A DNA stretch of 64,000 nucleotides from Macrostomum hystrix (Eukaryota > Animalia > Platyhelminthes). Positions 22,760 to 49,040 of the stretch are shown piece by piece. A program made the translations under genes and the position numbers. Numbering within the stretch: the first letter of the stretch is position 1; every line of letters starts with the position of its first letter. The notes under the pieces were generated by a model. That model saw nothing but the letters and a program-made list of their open reading frames with translations. It had not been told where the DNA came from and did no database searches. The DNA lies in NCBI GenBank assembly GCA_950097015.1, contig CATNEN010000025.1, positions 1,426,001 to 1,490,000 on the forward strand, written 5' to 3'.

Positions 22760-23062
22760 GGTTGTAGCCTTGTAGTTAGAGCGTCTGACTCATTACTTGA
22801 AGGTCGGGTGTTCGAATCCTGACTCCCCTGTAACAATTTGTATCCTTTAGCAAGACACTTAATTCTATATTGCTTCAGTTCACCCAGCTGTTCAATGGGT
22901 ACCAGCATCAGCTGGGGTAATTGAAGGTGGGTGTGGCGTCCCCCCAGTCCATGGACTGAACAGCCGTACGCAGTCTTCAGATACGCCGCGCAATAGCTGC
23001 GGCTGTGTTGTCGGCTGCATATTTAACCCAATAGCGGCATGTAACCAATTATTATTATTATA
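22760..23062 (+). mobile_element. SINE family B copy
   Basis: tRNA head TAGTTAGAGCGTCTGACTC...GTGTTCGAATCC, CORE-like body, (ATT)n tail. Confidence 0.88.
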
Positions 23063-23776
23063 TTTTTATTACGGCATGGCCCTGGTGAGCTGGTAGCACA
23101 GCGGTTAATGCTACGGATTAGCTAGGTCTTAAATATTGCTGAAGAAATGAAAAAAACGATTTAGACAGCGCAAGCCTAAAAATGTGTGATACAAGAAACG
23201 TTTTTATCATATTTTATTGATTTTCTGATTGTACCTATCCACGGAATCCGTAAAAGTTTTTTTGCGTGAAAAGCTTATTAAATAAAATCTGAAAAATAAA
23301 CCAAGGTAAAATATTGACTTGTCATGTCAATGTTCAGTCCACCTCGCTTTTTTGTCTGTAAAGGTAAAATTATTCCTCTAAACAATTCAAGGCTAAAATT
23401 TTACAGTACAGTGACGAGCAGGCCAATGATTCTTTTTGGCTCACTGACAGTGAGGCAAAATCTCCAACAATGGAAGCATTGGATGGAGCTAAAATGTATT
23501 TTTGTGCTGAATTGCAAATCCCATCACACTGTCCCATTGTCCGCGCTTAAATCTTTTTTACTGACTCTTTTTTTTTAGCTCCATCATCGCTACGAGTAAT
23601 CACCAGTCCAGTTATACAGGTGTCAGTCGCGTCAAGGCGTGCGATATAGCTGTCCTGTTCTGTCTATCAAGCTTTAACCCCGGTGAAAGCCTATCTCTGC
23701 TCCAAAATATGAGTTCTTTGTATAACAGCTCAACTCCCAACTGTCACTTTTAGCTTCTGTGCTTCACTGCTGTAGG

Positions 23777-24249
<473 letters not shown>

Positions 24250-25184
24250 AGATGCCCCTCACCCAAGCGTGTAATCCATTCGCTCATTCTTTCCAGCACG
24301 TGTTAGTCTCGAATCCTGGTACTCAACAATCTGATTGGCTGACCAAGCACGCGACCCATCCGCTCAAACACTATTTGTAGTCCGCATTCCTTCACCGAGT
24401 GTAAACTGAAAAACTGTCGGCCTTGAAATAGTTTATTGCAGGCAATCAAAAGACCAGGCTCAACTTTATAAGGCTTTATAAACAGCAGAAACTGGACGGT
24501 AAGCAAATGGGAAAACCTAGCTAAATATTTGCAAGAATTTCCAACCCAGAATAATCATTGAAACTCAATGGATATTAGAATAATTTTAAAGTTTATTTTA
24601 TTTGAATCAACTGTTCATTACTCGAAAGTCTAGATCCCTTGAGTCCCTTGATGCCGAAAGCGATTTGGTCTATGGTTTGAGAATTCGAAAAATCTTTCTG
24701 AGAACATTTTAATTAGTCTTCTATCCGCGACAGGAATTTTTGCCCGCTCTACGAATTAGCATTCCAATCCATGGCGTTAAGCCAATGTCTCATTCCATTT
24801 ATCCAAAACTCGGCGAATCCCATTTGGGAACCGCTGAAATTCATCCCCTACGCTTTTCGTCAATTTCTACTCTAGGGTGGGTTGCTGGGATTTTTTATAA
24901 GATTGCGGAGTTCAGGCGAGACTCAGGAAAATCTGATGGGAGGTAAAACACAGTACAGCAGCCAGAATAGAAAGATTTGCTCCAGGTGCAACTGTTTGGG
25001 GATAATTCTCCCAAACTTGAATGAGCAATGGAAAACGCTTCTGGAAAGTTTGGCTCAGGGGAGAATTTCGGCAGCTTGAAATCGTAGCACATTATCACGT
25101 GTGATTAGCGAGAATTCTTCTGGGAATATTCCAGTGAAATCCAGATGCACGATTTGGACAACCAGCTCTCTGAAAATTCAGCGC

Positions 25185-25540
25185 TACAGAGTGTTACAGA
25201 GTGTTACAGACTGTTACAGATTGTTACAGAGTGTTACAGAGTGTTACAGACTGTTACAGAGTGTTACAGAGTGTTACAGAGTGTTACAGATTGTTACAGA
25301 GTGTTACAGAGTGTTACAGAGTGTTACAGATTGTTACAGTGTGTTACAGAGTGTTACAGAGTGTTGCAGAGTGTTACAGAGTGTTACAGAGTGTTACAGA
25401 CTGTTACATAGTGTTACAGAGTGTTACAGAGTGTTGCAGAGTGTTACAGACTGTTACAGAGTGTTACAGAGTGTTACAGAGTGTTACAGAGTGTTGCAGA
25501 GTGTTACAGAGTGTTACAGAGTGTTGCAGAGTGTTACAGA
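25185..25540. repeat. 10-bp tandem array (GTGTTACAGA)n upstream of the glutamate receptor gene
   Basis: About 35 copies with variants. Confidence 0.97.
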
Positions 25541-25892
25541 GAGTGGGCAGGTTTTTATAGAAAAAATATTTCTGTTGCTATTTTTAAGGGTCGTGAAGAA
25601 GTGGGAGAAAGGGTTAAGAGGGCAACCACGAAGATGGCACCTCCGTCCCTGCACTGGTCTATTGGGAATTGACTCGATGACAGTGAGGAAAATCTACTGC
25701 CCCACTTCTCTTGACTTTTTCTCATCTCATAAAGGGGCACGATCTGGCTGGAAAGGGTGGGCCAGCCCAGCTAGGAAATAAAGTTAAATGCAGCACAGAT
25801 AGCTCGTAATATACTTACGAACTGTAATGCATCGTGCAACACTAGTTTCAGGAGACAACTAAACCTCAGCACCTCCTGACACCAGCGCCCAG

Positions 25893-37716
<11,824 letters not shown>

Positions 37717-39510
37717 TCTGGGCCGATTGACAGCTGATAATTCGGACTAGAAAGATCGTTCAAGAGCCCGCATGTTTTGGACGCTTTTTAAAGAGAGTTT
37801 TTTGAACATGTACAAATATTAAAAAAGACATTTGTTTAGTCGTAGTTAGGGGCCGCATTAGGCTTACAATTTAGCTAGATTTTACTATTTCTTGAATTTT
37901 ATATTATATAAAAATAGCTTTTAGTGTAGCATCGACACAGAACAGCCTCTTGTGTTTCGACTCACGAGCCCATCAAGCAAATGAAATTGTTAATCCGTGG
38001 CAAAGCCTTCTGACTGGCAGCATGCTTATCATAGGCACAGTTCTGCTCCTATTGTTTATTAGTTTAGGCATTTAGTTTTTTAGCATTCTGGGCACGTATC
38101 CTGAGCTCGAGACGAGAGCTCGTGCCAGGAGCCGCATCATTCTGCCTCTTCCGCCATCTGTTGTTACTTTTCTTTCCTTTGCATTAGTATGAGCAAACTG
38201 CTTACTGATTCGGTCTATTAATAACAGCGCTGCGGGAGATCATGTGGCAACTGTTGACAAACAAAATTCTCCAACCTCAAAAAAAATAATAAGTTCATTT
38301 CCTTTCCAATTTAATTACCGAGCAAAGCAAGGCCAAGGACCTCTAGAAGAAATACAGGATACAATTTCTTGGAAAAATTTACGAGTAATAATGCAGATTT
38401 TCACAGAATTTTTTTGACATTTTTGACATTAAAATGTGGATAACTTGGTAATTTGCTAATTTGCTAATTTGCTAATTTGCTAATATAATTTGCTAAACTT
38501 GCTTCAATGAATTTTATAAAATTTCATTCATTAATTTTCATGATCTATATTTTTGTTCATTAATCATCAAGCACAATAGCTAGTCATTGGCTATCTAGTG
38601 ACTAACTCTATACAGTCCCTCTGTTTCTAACCGAGCATAAGTACATTACGAGAATTGCAGGGAATTTTTTCATAAAAAATCCGTTAGCCAAGCTATAGGC
38701 AAATTTTATGACTTATTGGTAGGATTCTGCTTTACATTTGCAGTGTTGTCTATTTGCTGCTAACTTTGTAGCTGGTCCGTGTTGACAGTGCCTTGTTAGC
38801 AGCTCCAATCCACAGTCCAAATGGCTCCTCGACATCAGCAAAGGTTCTGACCTGAGTTTGAGACAGATAATATCTTGCAAACACTTCTAAGCACCAAACC
38901 TCTATCACAGGCAAGTCGGAAAACAGTGTATGAGCATGTCCCAACCGACTGGTACATGTACCAAGTATATTCCCTGATCAAAGTTGCTGATTTTTCTCAG
39001 ACAAATCCTGCTCATTTGAAAACTGTGAAACTGTTTGAGCAGTTTCAAATTTCAAGAAGTGTAGCAAGAAAATGAGACGCTTTGGCTGACTGCGCGTTCC
39101 ACAATTGGATTGGGTCTGGTTTCTGAGTGTCTTTCTGTCTCCCTGTACCCACACTCACACATCCCTGCTTCCACATGATTCTCTTCCCCTCTTTTCCTGA
39201 ACCCTGCTTGATCTTGAGCCAATGGTAGAGCAGCAGCAACAGCAGCAGCAGCAGCATAATAACACCATCTAGCAGCAAGTCGAAGCGTTCCCTGCTTCAG
39301 TCGCCTCATCTTCACGTCTGAGCCTTGGTCCTAGGCCGGCAAACAAATAAGACCAGTTTCACAAGAAAAGTCCTCTTTTAGAAGACAAAGCGAGACATTT
39401 GGTTGCCAGCTCTTCAAGTCAGGCGTCACTTGGGTGTCTCTACAGCTTGATTTGTAAGTTTCTTGACAGTTTTTAGAGTTTATTTTTCAGCCACGCTTTA
39501 CTAACATTTT

Positions 39511-39825
39511 AGGGGGTCGTTGGCAGAGCGGTCTAACGCGTTTGCCTCTCGCACCAATGTCCCCGAGCTCGATTCCGCGGCGAGGCCACATTTATTTGGG
39601 GCGCAGCCGCGTAGAGAAGGCTTGGGGGCTTGTCGTGCAATTTACGCCATTGAGGGCCAACCTCCAGGGCACAGTGAGAGTGTACACTGCCTGACGATGA
39701 GAAAGTCAGGGCAAATGTACACACCTGTGTGAGCGTGTGCCTGCGTACAGTATCTGTGAGCGAGTGTGTTCAGGAGTCAGCGAAATGGGCAGAATTGCCT
39801 TCGCTGGCTGCGGGTCTAGTGTCAA
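39511..39825 (+). mobile_element. SINE family A, 3'-truncated
   Basis: High similarity to 2001-2360. Confidence 0.9.
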
Positions 39826-40864
39826 CGAAGTGTTCACCATTCTGGGACTGGACTACGAGTATGTACTATTTTTAGCTTTCTTTTGCCAGCTGCGAGTCCA
39901 ACGCACTCCTTTTCCAAAGATATTTTCCTGGCGAACCACGCAGCTTGTTGGACCGGTTCAGATTGATTGAATGTCATCCGGGTGCTCCGTTACATAAATT
40001 ATGAATCAACTCAGCCCAATGTCCTTCTTATTCACTTTCTTGGTCGCCCTCGGCCTCGGCCTGGCCCGCTCCTGTTCGCGCCTGTCTCATTAGACAGTTT
40101 TTTGTCCTCTCCTAGCCTGACTAGAGCGGATCGCATAGCGCCAATTTTCGGCGAAGCATATGGGCGGGGGCCAGCCAGCAGGGCATCCTTGGCGGATTAA
40201 GATTCGGCGATTCGGCCCTCCTATCTCCGCTTCGCATTATTCTCCTGCCGTGAAAGAATGAAGTCCGAGCTCTGCTCAATTAGCGGTAGAATGACGGCCT
40301 CCCTAGGGAGAGGATCGGGCTGGATTGGAAGCGATTTTGCTCCCTCCGCACTCCCCATCTCCCTCGCCTTGCTCAATTTCACTTTCCTGAGGACGTCACA
40401 GTCGAGACGATGTCCGTCCGTCCACTGGCGCTATATCGGGAGTCGAGTCGGAGGGGGAAGCGGAAAACGCGGCAGCCCAGTTTTTCCCGGGGAAGAAATT
40501 CAATTTCAGCTTTCACTCGCAAATTTCCCGTTTCTTTTCACTCCAGCTTCTTCTGCATTCTACAGTAGCGAAAGAATAAGACGACGGAAGTAATTGGGGT
40601 GGGTGCTGTCTGGCCAAGTTAAGGCGCGCGGTACTGACTTGGAACTCAAAGCTGTGTAAACTGTGACTGCTCTCAGCATTTACTCTTTTCAAATTGCCAA
40701 AACTTCTCTTGTACTCCGTTTGTAGCTGTTTTATGTACACAATAGTACCACCAGAACTGTCCCGAACTTGTCGTCAGGTAGCATTCTATACAAGTTTAGC
40801 CTTTGTGTAATGCGCTAAACAATGAGCTTTTTTGTGAATCTTGGGCATAAAAAAATAATAATAA

Positions 40865-41170
40865 TATCCATCGCTGGAGCGCTGCGGTCACATCATTTGG
40901 TGGCACTAGACCTGCAGCCAGCGAGGAGTCTGTTTTGCATATTTCGCTGACTCCTGAGCACACACGCACACAGATACTGTACGCAGGCACACACTCACAC
41001 AGGTGTGTACATCTGCCCTTACTTTCTCATTGTCAGGCAGTGTACAATTTTACTGTGCCTACATGGAGCTGGTTGGACCTCATGGGCTGCGCCCCAAATG
41101 AATGTGGCCTCGCCGCGGAATCGATCTCAGGGACCTTGGTGCAAGACATGAACGCTCTGCCACTCACCCC
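40865..41170 (-). mobile_element. SINE family A with internal deletion
   Basis: Reverse complement matches the family A head, central hairpin and tail. Confidence 0.85.
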
Positions 41171-42134
41171 CAATATCGGGCATACGGGTACAACATTCTT
41201 CGTACTTTTTCTTATCAGGAAGGGTAGTCGAACTTCAGTCCCGATCATCTCGCATGAAACATAATTTTAGGGGTCGAAAAATGCCCTCCCCACAGAAGTG
41301 AGAGGACCACACAAATGACAGAGGATGGGGAAATATTGGAGACTCTGGTCGTTTCGCATTTTATTGCACCCCAAGCTTGGGCTGCTGCTCCGCTCCCAAA
41401 GCTCACAAAGACGCTGCCAAAGTCCCTGGAGACGCCTTGAGCTGCTGGTGAGCCGGTGAGTGCAACTTCGCCGGAGCCAAATCGAGCGTGACTGCGGAAA
41501 TGGCGCGCGAACAAGTACGCTGGAGGAAAGTGCGCTGCATTGAGGAAGAGCTGACAAGGGGAGAGAGACAGAGAGGCGGCAGCGAGAGGACGAACATGGG
41601 GCCCTAGTATCAGGGCTAGAGGTCAGGCATCTAATCAGGCCGATATTATCCATATCTCATGATCTGGACGTCCCTAATTGTTGAACCAAATTCGCACAAA
41701 TTTCAAAATCGACTATAACTTTTGACGACTACTTTGTCTCATACTTCACTGTAACATGGGCATTGCACGACGATCAACCCAAGCCTTCGTATCTTCAGAG
41801 AAAAAGAAAGTTACATTTGAGCCTTATAAATTGAATTCGCTTTCTATATAACCTGCTTGCCAAGTTTTTTTCTGACGTGAAAGATAGATTAGAATTTTAT
41901 GCGACTGAAGCAATTAACCAAGGCCGCATCGACTAGCTGCAATGCTGAGATAGGCACCTTGACTAAACAAATATAGCTTCACCGAATCACTCAACCTCAC
42001 TATGCGTGATTCACTTGATGCACTTGTTAATCACCGAGTCACAAGGGTACTTGATTTACTGATTGATTCCAAGTATTTATTTCCAAATATTAGTGAAGAC
42101 TAAACTGCTTGTACCTCGTTTTTATCAAATCCAT

Positions 42135-43758
42135 GCCCTCCTTTTCCCCTTCCCTGTCCCCTTCTTGTTCTCCCCTTCCCAGTCCCCTTCTTGTTCTCCC
42201 CTTCCCTGTCCCCTTCTTGTTCTCCCCTTCCCTGTCCCCTTCTTGTTCTCCCCTTCCCAGTCCCCTTCTTGTTCTCCCCTTCCCAGTCCCCTTCTTGTTC
42301 TCCCCTTCCCAGTCCCCTTCTTGTTCTCCCCTTCCCAGTCCCCTTCTTGTTCTCCCCTTCCTGTCCCCTTCTTGTTCTCCCCTTCCCTCTCTCTCAATCG
42401 TGTTCTCCCCTTCCCTCTCTCTCAATCGTGTTCTCCCCTTCCCTCTCTCTCAATCGTGTTCTCCCCTTCCCTCTCTCTCAATCGTGTTCTCCCCTTCCCT
42501 CTCTCTCAATCGTGTTCTCCCCTTCCCTCTCTCTCAATCGTGTTCTCCCCTTCCCTCTCTCTCAATCGTGTTCTCCCTATCCCTCTCTCTCAATCGTGTT
42601 CTCCCCTTCCCTCTCTCTCAATCGTGTTCTCCCCTTCCCTCTCTCTCAATCGTGTTCTCCCTATCCCTCTCTCTCAATCGTGTTCTCCCCTTCCCTCTCT
42701 CTCAATCGTGTTCTCCCTATCCCTCTCTCTCAATCGTGTTCTCCCCTTCCCTCTCTCTCAATCGTGTTCTCCCTATCCCTCTCTCTCAATCGTGTTCTCC
42801 CCTTCCCTCTCTCTCAATCGTGTTCTCACCTTCCCTCTCTCTCAATCGTGTTCTCCCCTTCCCTCTCTCTCAATCGTGTTCTCCCTATCCCTCTCTCTCA
42901 ATCGTGTTCTCCCCTTCCCTCTCTCTCAATCGTGTTCTCCCTATCCCTCTCTCTCAATCGTGTTCTCCCCTTCCCTCTCTCTCAATCGTGTTCTCCCCTT
43001 CCCTCTCTCTCAATCGTGTTCTCCCCTTCCCTCTCTCTCAATCGTGTTCTCCCTATCCCTCTCTCTCAATCGTGTTCTCCCCTTCCCTCTCTCTCAATCG
43101 TGTTCTCCCCTTCCCTCTCTCTCAATCGTGTTTTCCCCTTCCCTCTCTCTCAATCGTGTTCTCCCCTTCCCTCTCTCTCAATCGTGTTCTCCCCTTCCCT
43201 CTCTCTCAATCGTGTTCTCCCCTTCCCTCTCTCTCAATCGTGTTCTCCCCTTCCCTCTCTCTCAATCGTGTTCTCCCCTTCCCTCTCTCTCAATCGTGTT
43301 CTCCCTATCCCTCTCTCTCAATCGTGTTCTCCCCTTCCCTCTCTCTCAATCGTGTTCTCCCCTTCCCTCTCTCTCAATCGTGTTCTCCCTATCCCTCTCT
43401 CTCAATCGTGTTCTCCCCTTCCCTCTCTCTCAATCGTGTTCTCCCTATCCCTCTCTCTCAATCGTGTTCTCCCCTTCCCTCTCTCTCAATCGTGTTCTCC
43501 CCTTCCCTCTCTCTCAATCGTGTTCTCCCCTTCCCTCTCTCTCAATCGTGTTCTCCCTATCCCTCTCTCTCAATCGTGTTCTCCCCTTCCCTCTCTCTCA
43601 ATCGTGTTCTCCCTATCCCTCTCTCTCAATCGTGTTCTCCCCTTCCCTCTCTCTCAATCGTGTTCTCCCCTTCCCTCTCTCTCAATCGTGTTCTCCCCTT
43701 CCCTCTCTCTCAATCGTGTTCTCCCCTTCCCTCTCTCTCAATCGTGTTCTCCCCTTCC
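42135..43758. repeat. Compound polypyrimidine minisatellite: 25-bp unit, then a 28-bp unit (CTCAATCGTGTTCTCCCCTTCCCTCTCT x~49)
   Basis: Visible tandem arrays; the long ORFs called here are repeat artefacts. Confidence 0.97.
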
Positions 43759-44834
43759 ATATGTCCCTCTTCTCTGTTCCCAAATATGAGAATCGTTGTC
43801 AACTTCTGTTAGCACACCTCGGAAGCGACATTTGGCCTTGGCTGCGTCTCTGTGACAACTAATTAATCATCCCTAGTTAAGCTGCAATAGCAACAGTGGA
43901 GTTAGTTGCAGCTGGCTACTTCCCAGCTCCGACTGAGCTATCGAAGGGGATTCATCTTGTTGGGTGAGGAGGCGTTGCTGCAAATCGATTGCAAAATACA
44001 CATTGAAGAAGCTATGATCGTCACATGGCTTTTCCAGGATATCTTGCAATCCCCAGAGCATCGCTTATCAACACGCGCCGATTTTGGTCGACAATGGGAC
44101 ATTTATTCCGATATTTAACAACTGAAAAGACACAAGCCATGCATTTATTAGAGCTTGTGTTTATTCTACTCATGTCAGATACTGGAGCAATAGCTTATCC
44201 GTTTATTCACCTGAGCAAATATGTGCATCAGGCAAGCAGAAAGCACTTCAGAATCCCATCAGATCATTTCTCTAGAGTCAACAGACATCTTGATCTGCGG
44301 GCATTGCTTCTATTTTCTTTTAACGCAATATTCTCAGCCCGCTAGTGTAGCAAATCTTTCCACTGAACAGAGAGAGCCAGATGTCTTGTGCCAAAGCAGA
44401 AAGCAATGCAAAAAATCCATTTCGAATTCAACGGGCTAAACAAAATCTAGGAAGAAATCTCTCCAGAAACGATACTTGGGGGGCCAGTGGGAAAAAACAC
44501 TTTCATTTTCTTTTCGGCTACACTCTACATAATCAATTTTCACCTGGGGCGCAGTCCCACCTTGACGATCTTGTCTGCTGGCCGCTTTTGAGAACTTTTG
44601 CTCTCTACCTGGCACTAGAGTTCCAGAGCTTTGTGTCTTAGGAGTCCTAGGCAACCGGCTTAACTTTTGTGGCGGGCTTAATACGAGCGTAGTTCGACTT
44701 TTTCGACGTGTTCGAGCACATCCGATTGATATTCTAATACTCGTAGTTCCTGTCTTTCAAACAAATTTTGTGTCCTAAGTAGACCCGTATTCAATTCTGT
44801 TGATTGGAAAAATCAGCTCGAATCTAGCCTTTAC

Positions 44835-45085
44835 ACAACTCAAACCTGGCATCACCCAACTCAAACCTGGCATCACCCAACTCAAACCTGGCATCAGCCA
44901 ACTCAAACCTGGCATCACCCAACTCAAACCTGGCATCAGCCAACTCATACGTGGCGTCACTCTACTCAAACCTGGCATCACCCAACTCAAACCTAGCCTC
45001 ACCCTACTCAAACCTGGCATCACCCAACTCAAACCTAGCCTCACCCTACTCAAACGTGGCCTACTCAACCCAGGTTCTACTCAAA
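44835..45085. repeat. 21-bp minisatellite (CAACTCAAACCTGGCATCACC) immediately upstream of the GPCR ATG
   Basis: About 11 copies. Confidence 0.93.
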
Positions 45086-45161
45086 CCTGGCCACAATACG
45101 ATAATCTTCAAGCGACTCATCAAATCAGTATTCGCACCTTCGCCAACAGTCCCTAGCCAGG

Positions 45162-46982
45162 ATGGACCGGGAGACGATCGGGAACCTCACAGAATGCGAC
45201 TCGCTGCCTCGCCCTGTCCTGTTCACCACCGTGGTGCCAGTGCTCTTCAGCGTGGTTGTGCTGCTCGGTCTCCTTGGCAACGCCCTAGTGATTGCAGTGA
45301 TGGCCGCCAACAGCAACATGCGCAGCACAACAAATATTCTCATCACCTCCCTGGCAGTAGCTGACCTCCTGTTCATCACCCTGTGCGTCCCGTTCACCGC
45401 CCTGTTCTACGTGTTCGGCTGGGTGTTCGGGCACGCTGTTTGCGTACTGTTCCAGTACTTCACCTATGTGCCCGTGTACTGCAGCGTGTACACCTTAGTG
45501 CTGATGAGCGCCGACAGGTACCTGGCCGTGGTGCACCCGATTCGCAGCATGGCCTGGAGAACTGAACGCAACACCCTGGCAGCCGTAGCCATCACCTGGA
45601 CTGCCGTGGCTTTGGCCCACCTGCCACTGGCCATGGAGGTCGCCGTCATTCCAGTTCTGCGCTGCCGTTACGGCAACTGCAGCGAAGTCGGCGGCGACTG
45701 CGGCTTTCGCGAGCTGGGCGTCTGCACCGGCAGGCGGTTCTTCGTCGACCCGGCTAGCGGGCAGTTCGGGCCGCACGGTCGAGTGTTCTACACCACTTTC
45801 AACCTGTTCGGCTATGCTCTGCCATTCGCTGTGATCATCACGCTCTATGTGCTGCTGGTCAAACGGCTGCTGTTCGGCCGCTCGTCCGCGGTCGCCCAGT
45901 CTAGCGAAGCGGCCAGGTCGAAGCGCCGAGTGACCCGCACCGTTGTGACCGTGGTGGCCATCTTTGGCACCTGCTGGCTGCCGATTCACGCCATCTTCGC
46001 TCTACAGAACTGGCACCGGGATCTCAAGTACCCATGGTTCCGCTACTTGCAGGTGGCCTCGCAGGTATGCGATATTCAAGCAGTCTATTGTCATCACAGT
46101 TCCCTTCTGAGGCTCAGCTTAGGACAAAGATTTGCTTTCACAGCAGGAAGACCACGGGGAGATAGCGTGGTCTTTCTACTGTTAATCGGCAAGCATCCAA
46201 GACCCAGCGTGCATTCAAGACTGCCAATAGCTGTACAATGGCTGGCAGCGGAGGCTCCCATAGTTCATGAGCAGTAGTTGTTAATTCATAATGGCAGCCC
46301 AGGTGAAATTAGCTTTCACAGTGAAGAATAGGGCCAACCATGCCCGGACCATTGATTGACTCCGACACCATGCGGGACTTGTCTCGCCGTGACTGAATGC
46401 TAAGAAGCTGAAAAACCTCCACTTGATTTTGTGTTCTCACCTTCTGTCAAATTCTTTTGTATTTGAGGTTTTGCCATCGACAATTCTGTTTGCACCTGCG
46501 AGCGTATTTCTAGCTATTTTCGCTTAAGTGAATCTTTTCTACTTTAACAAGTTTCAGTGCCTTTCTAAGAAATGCAGTCTCCTCATCACCACCCGCAGGT
46601 TCTGGCCTACATGAACAGTTGCATGAACCCCATTGTGTACGCGTTCGTGTCAGACAATTACCGCCAGGCATTCGCCAGCTTCCTGGGCATCAGGCTTGCA
46701 CAGAGAACTCGCCGTAGCGGCGGTGGCGGCGGCCGCGGCAGCCTGGCGGCGCCGCAGACCACGGTTCGAAAGCTTTGCAATGACGAAGCTGGCAACAATG
46801 GCAAATTGGAAATCCCGGCTGCCGCGGCAGCTTCCGACGATGACGACTATCCCGACATCGATGATAAGAATCAGGATGGCGGTCGCGCCGGTCGCGATAA
46901 GCGAGAGTCGGTCGAGCTGGTGCCACTGAACAGCCGTGTGGAGCTGTCAGCGCAGGTGCACAGCGGTGAGAACTCCTCCTAA
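45162..46982 (+). CDS. Rhodopsin-family neuropeptide GPCR, allatostatin-A/galanin/kisspeptin receptor-like; exons 45162-46064 and 46599-46982
   Basis: GN in TM1, MRSTTNILITSLAVADLLFITLCVPFTA, SVYTLVLMSADRYLAVVHP, CWLP, then spliced ASQ|VLAYMNSCMNPIVYAF (NPxxY). Phase-0 GT-AG intron. Confidence 0.9.
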
Positions 46983-48019
46983 TGAGACCTGAACTGTCAG
47001 ACTGATCATTTTTATAATCAGTGAGCATTCAGTTAAAAATGCTCACTTCAAAAAATTTCTAGCCGAGTAGTTTTCTTTAGTAGACACTTTGAAAGTAGAT
47101 CACGGGTATCTCCCAAAACACGACTTTTTCGCTCTATCTGATGAACCACCTTCCAGAATAAAAATTATCGGAATCGTCGCGATATTCAACGATTCAAAAA
47201 CCAAGATAGGCATAATTTTTCAGCTCACAAAATTAGGTCGGCTATAATTGTTGACGATTTTGTATTGAATAAATGGTTAATATTTACATTTTCTAACCAA
47301 TTTGGATTCGCCACAGAGGTTTATTCGGGTCGAGCTATGCTAGCTGTCCTTGTCACCAGGGTCTCCGACAAGAATCGTTGAATATCTCGACGGCGCTGGC
47401 GCGGACGGCTTTGAGGGCTAGTTCATTGTAAAGGGCGGAAAATGTCGATTCAGATGGCGGACTTTCACGAAAATCGGTCATTCGGTTTGTGAGCTATCGT
47501 GAAGTGGGCAGTGGCTATTTGAAATAACCCCGTGTCTTTCCCCAGGGGGGATATAGTGTGGTCTTTCTACTGTTGAAAACTAACACGAGCTACGTTGGTC
47601 TGAAACAGGAAACATGGATTAGTCTTACGTAGATTACGTTGAAACGTAGATTAGTCTGCCAGCGACCAGTGATTTTCCCGATATCTGATCTTCTGCTGTG
47701 ACAGCAAGCAGCTTTTGCAGCAAATGAAACTAAAGGCTACTAAATTATAGTTTAGGTGTAAAATTATCGATTTGTAAAATTGGGAGGGGGCTGCCACACT
47801 CAATTTCTAACACGGCTAATTGACTGAAGCTGTAAAGTCCCTAATTTGTCCCTAAGGTTATGGGATTCGAACTCCCGACATCTGTGTCGGGTATTACGAT
47901 AATAAATAGAGCCCTAATTGAGTCTCATTGGGTTCGTGGTTTAGTGGGGTGGCGCAAAAATTGCTAAAAAGTGAACGTACATTGATCAGATGTACTCACA
48001 GACCGTGTACATTATTGAC

Positions 48020-48215
48020 GGGTGTTGTAGCCCAGTGGTTGGAGCGTCGGACTCACGACTGAAACTTTAACAATTTGTGTCCTTTAGCAAGATACTTAAC
48101 TCTGCAGTGCTTCAGTTCCGCAAGTTGTTAAATGGGTACCAGCATCAGCTGGGATAATTGAAGGTGGGTGTGGCGTCCCCCCAGTCCATGGACTGTACAG
48201 CCGTACGCAGCCTTC
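48020..48215 (+). mobile_element. SINE family B copy (truncated)
   Basis: TAGCCCAGTGGTTGGAGCGTCGGACTC head, CORE-like body, CAGTCCATGGACTG. Confidence 0.85.
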
Positions 48216-48614
48216 ACATCATGCACTATGCTTATTTCTGCGAGTATATTCACTAAATTTAGGAACCCCGAGACAGCTGTCAATAAGCTATGTTGTCAAT
48301 CTTTTAGCCATACTACAGAGCACATGTACTGAGGTTAATTTATCCCTGCTTGATTCAATGCACAACTAGCAAAGTGTAACCTTATAACTGCGTCCCTCTT
48401 TGGATTATCGATGACTTGTTATTTATTTACTTTGGTACCTGTAATCGAGTTGTTGCGAATCACATAATAATGAAACAGCTGATAAATGTGTCTTCACTGC
48501 AGCTCAGTTTTTCGATTTTTTCTTTAGTTATTGAACTTCCGATTCACAATATCTTTCGTCGTCGATTGCGTTTATAAAAATATAATAAGTTCACCGTTCT
48601 CCCCTTCAAAATAT

Positions 48615-49040
48615 CCCTCTTGTTCTCCCATCATTCTCTCCCTCTTGTTCTCCCCTCCTTCTCTCCCTCTTCTTCTCCCCTCCTACTCTCCCTCTTCTTC
48701 TCCCCTCCTACTCTCCCTCTTCTTCTCCCCTCCTACTCTCCCTCTTCTTCTCCCCTCCTACTCTCCCTCTTCTTCTCCCCTCCTACTCTCCCTCTTCTTC
48801 TCCCCTCCTACTCTCCCTCTTCTTCTCCCCTCCTACTCTCCCTCTTCTTCTCCCCTCCTACTCTCCCTCTTCTTCTCCCCTCCTACTCTCCCTCTTCTTC
48901 TCCCCTCCTACTTTCCCTCTTCTTCTCCCCTCCTACTCTCCCTCTTCTTCTCCCCTCCTACTCACCCTCTTCTTCTCCCCTCCTACTCCCCCTCTTTTTC
49001 TCCCCTCATTCTCTCCCTCTTGTTCTCCCCTCATTCTCTC
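48615..49040. repeat. 25-bp polypyrimidine minisatellite (CTCCCTCTTCTTCTCCCCTCCTACT)
   Basis: About 16 copies. Confidence 0.95.

Noticed and set aside
25866-25890. RE1/REST-like sequence TCAGCACC...CAGCGCC before the iGluR ATG
   Set aside because: The spacing and right half-site do not fit, and REST is not established outside chordates/deuterostomes.
42063-43862. Long 530-600 aa ORFs in three frames, and similar ORFs at 23759, 25101, 32831, 48531, 49824 and 62271
   Set aside because: They are translations of stop-free tandem repeats, with no splice or codon-usage support.
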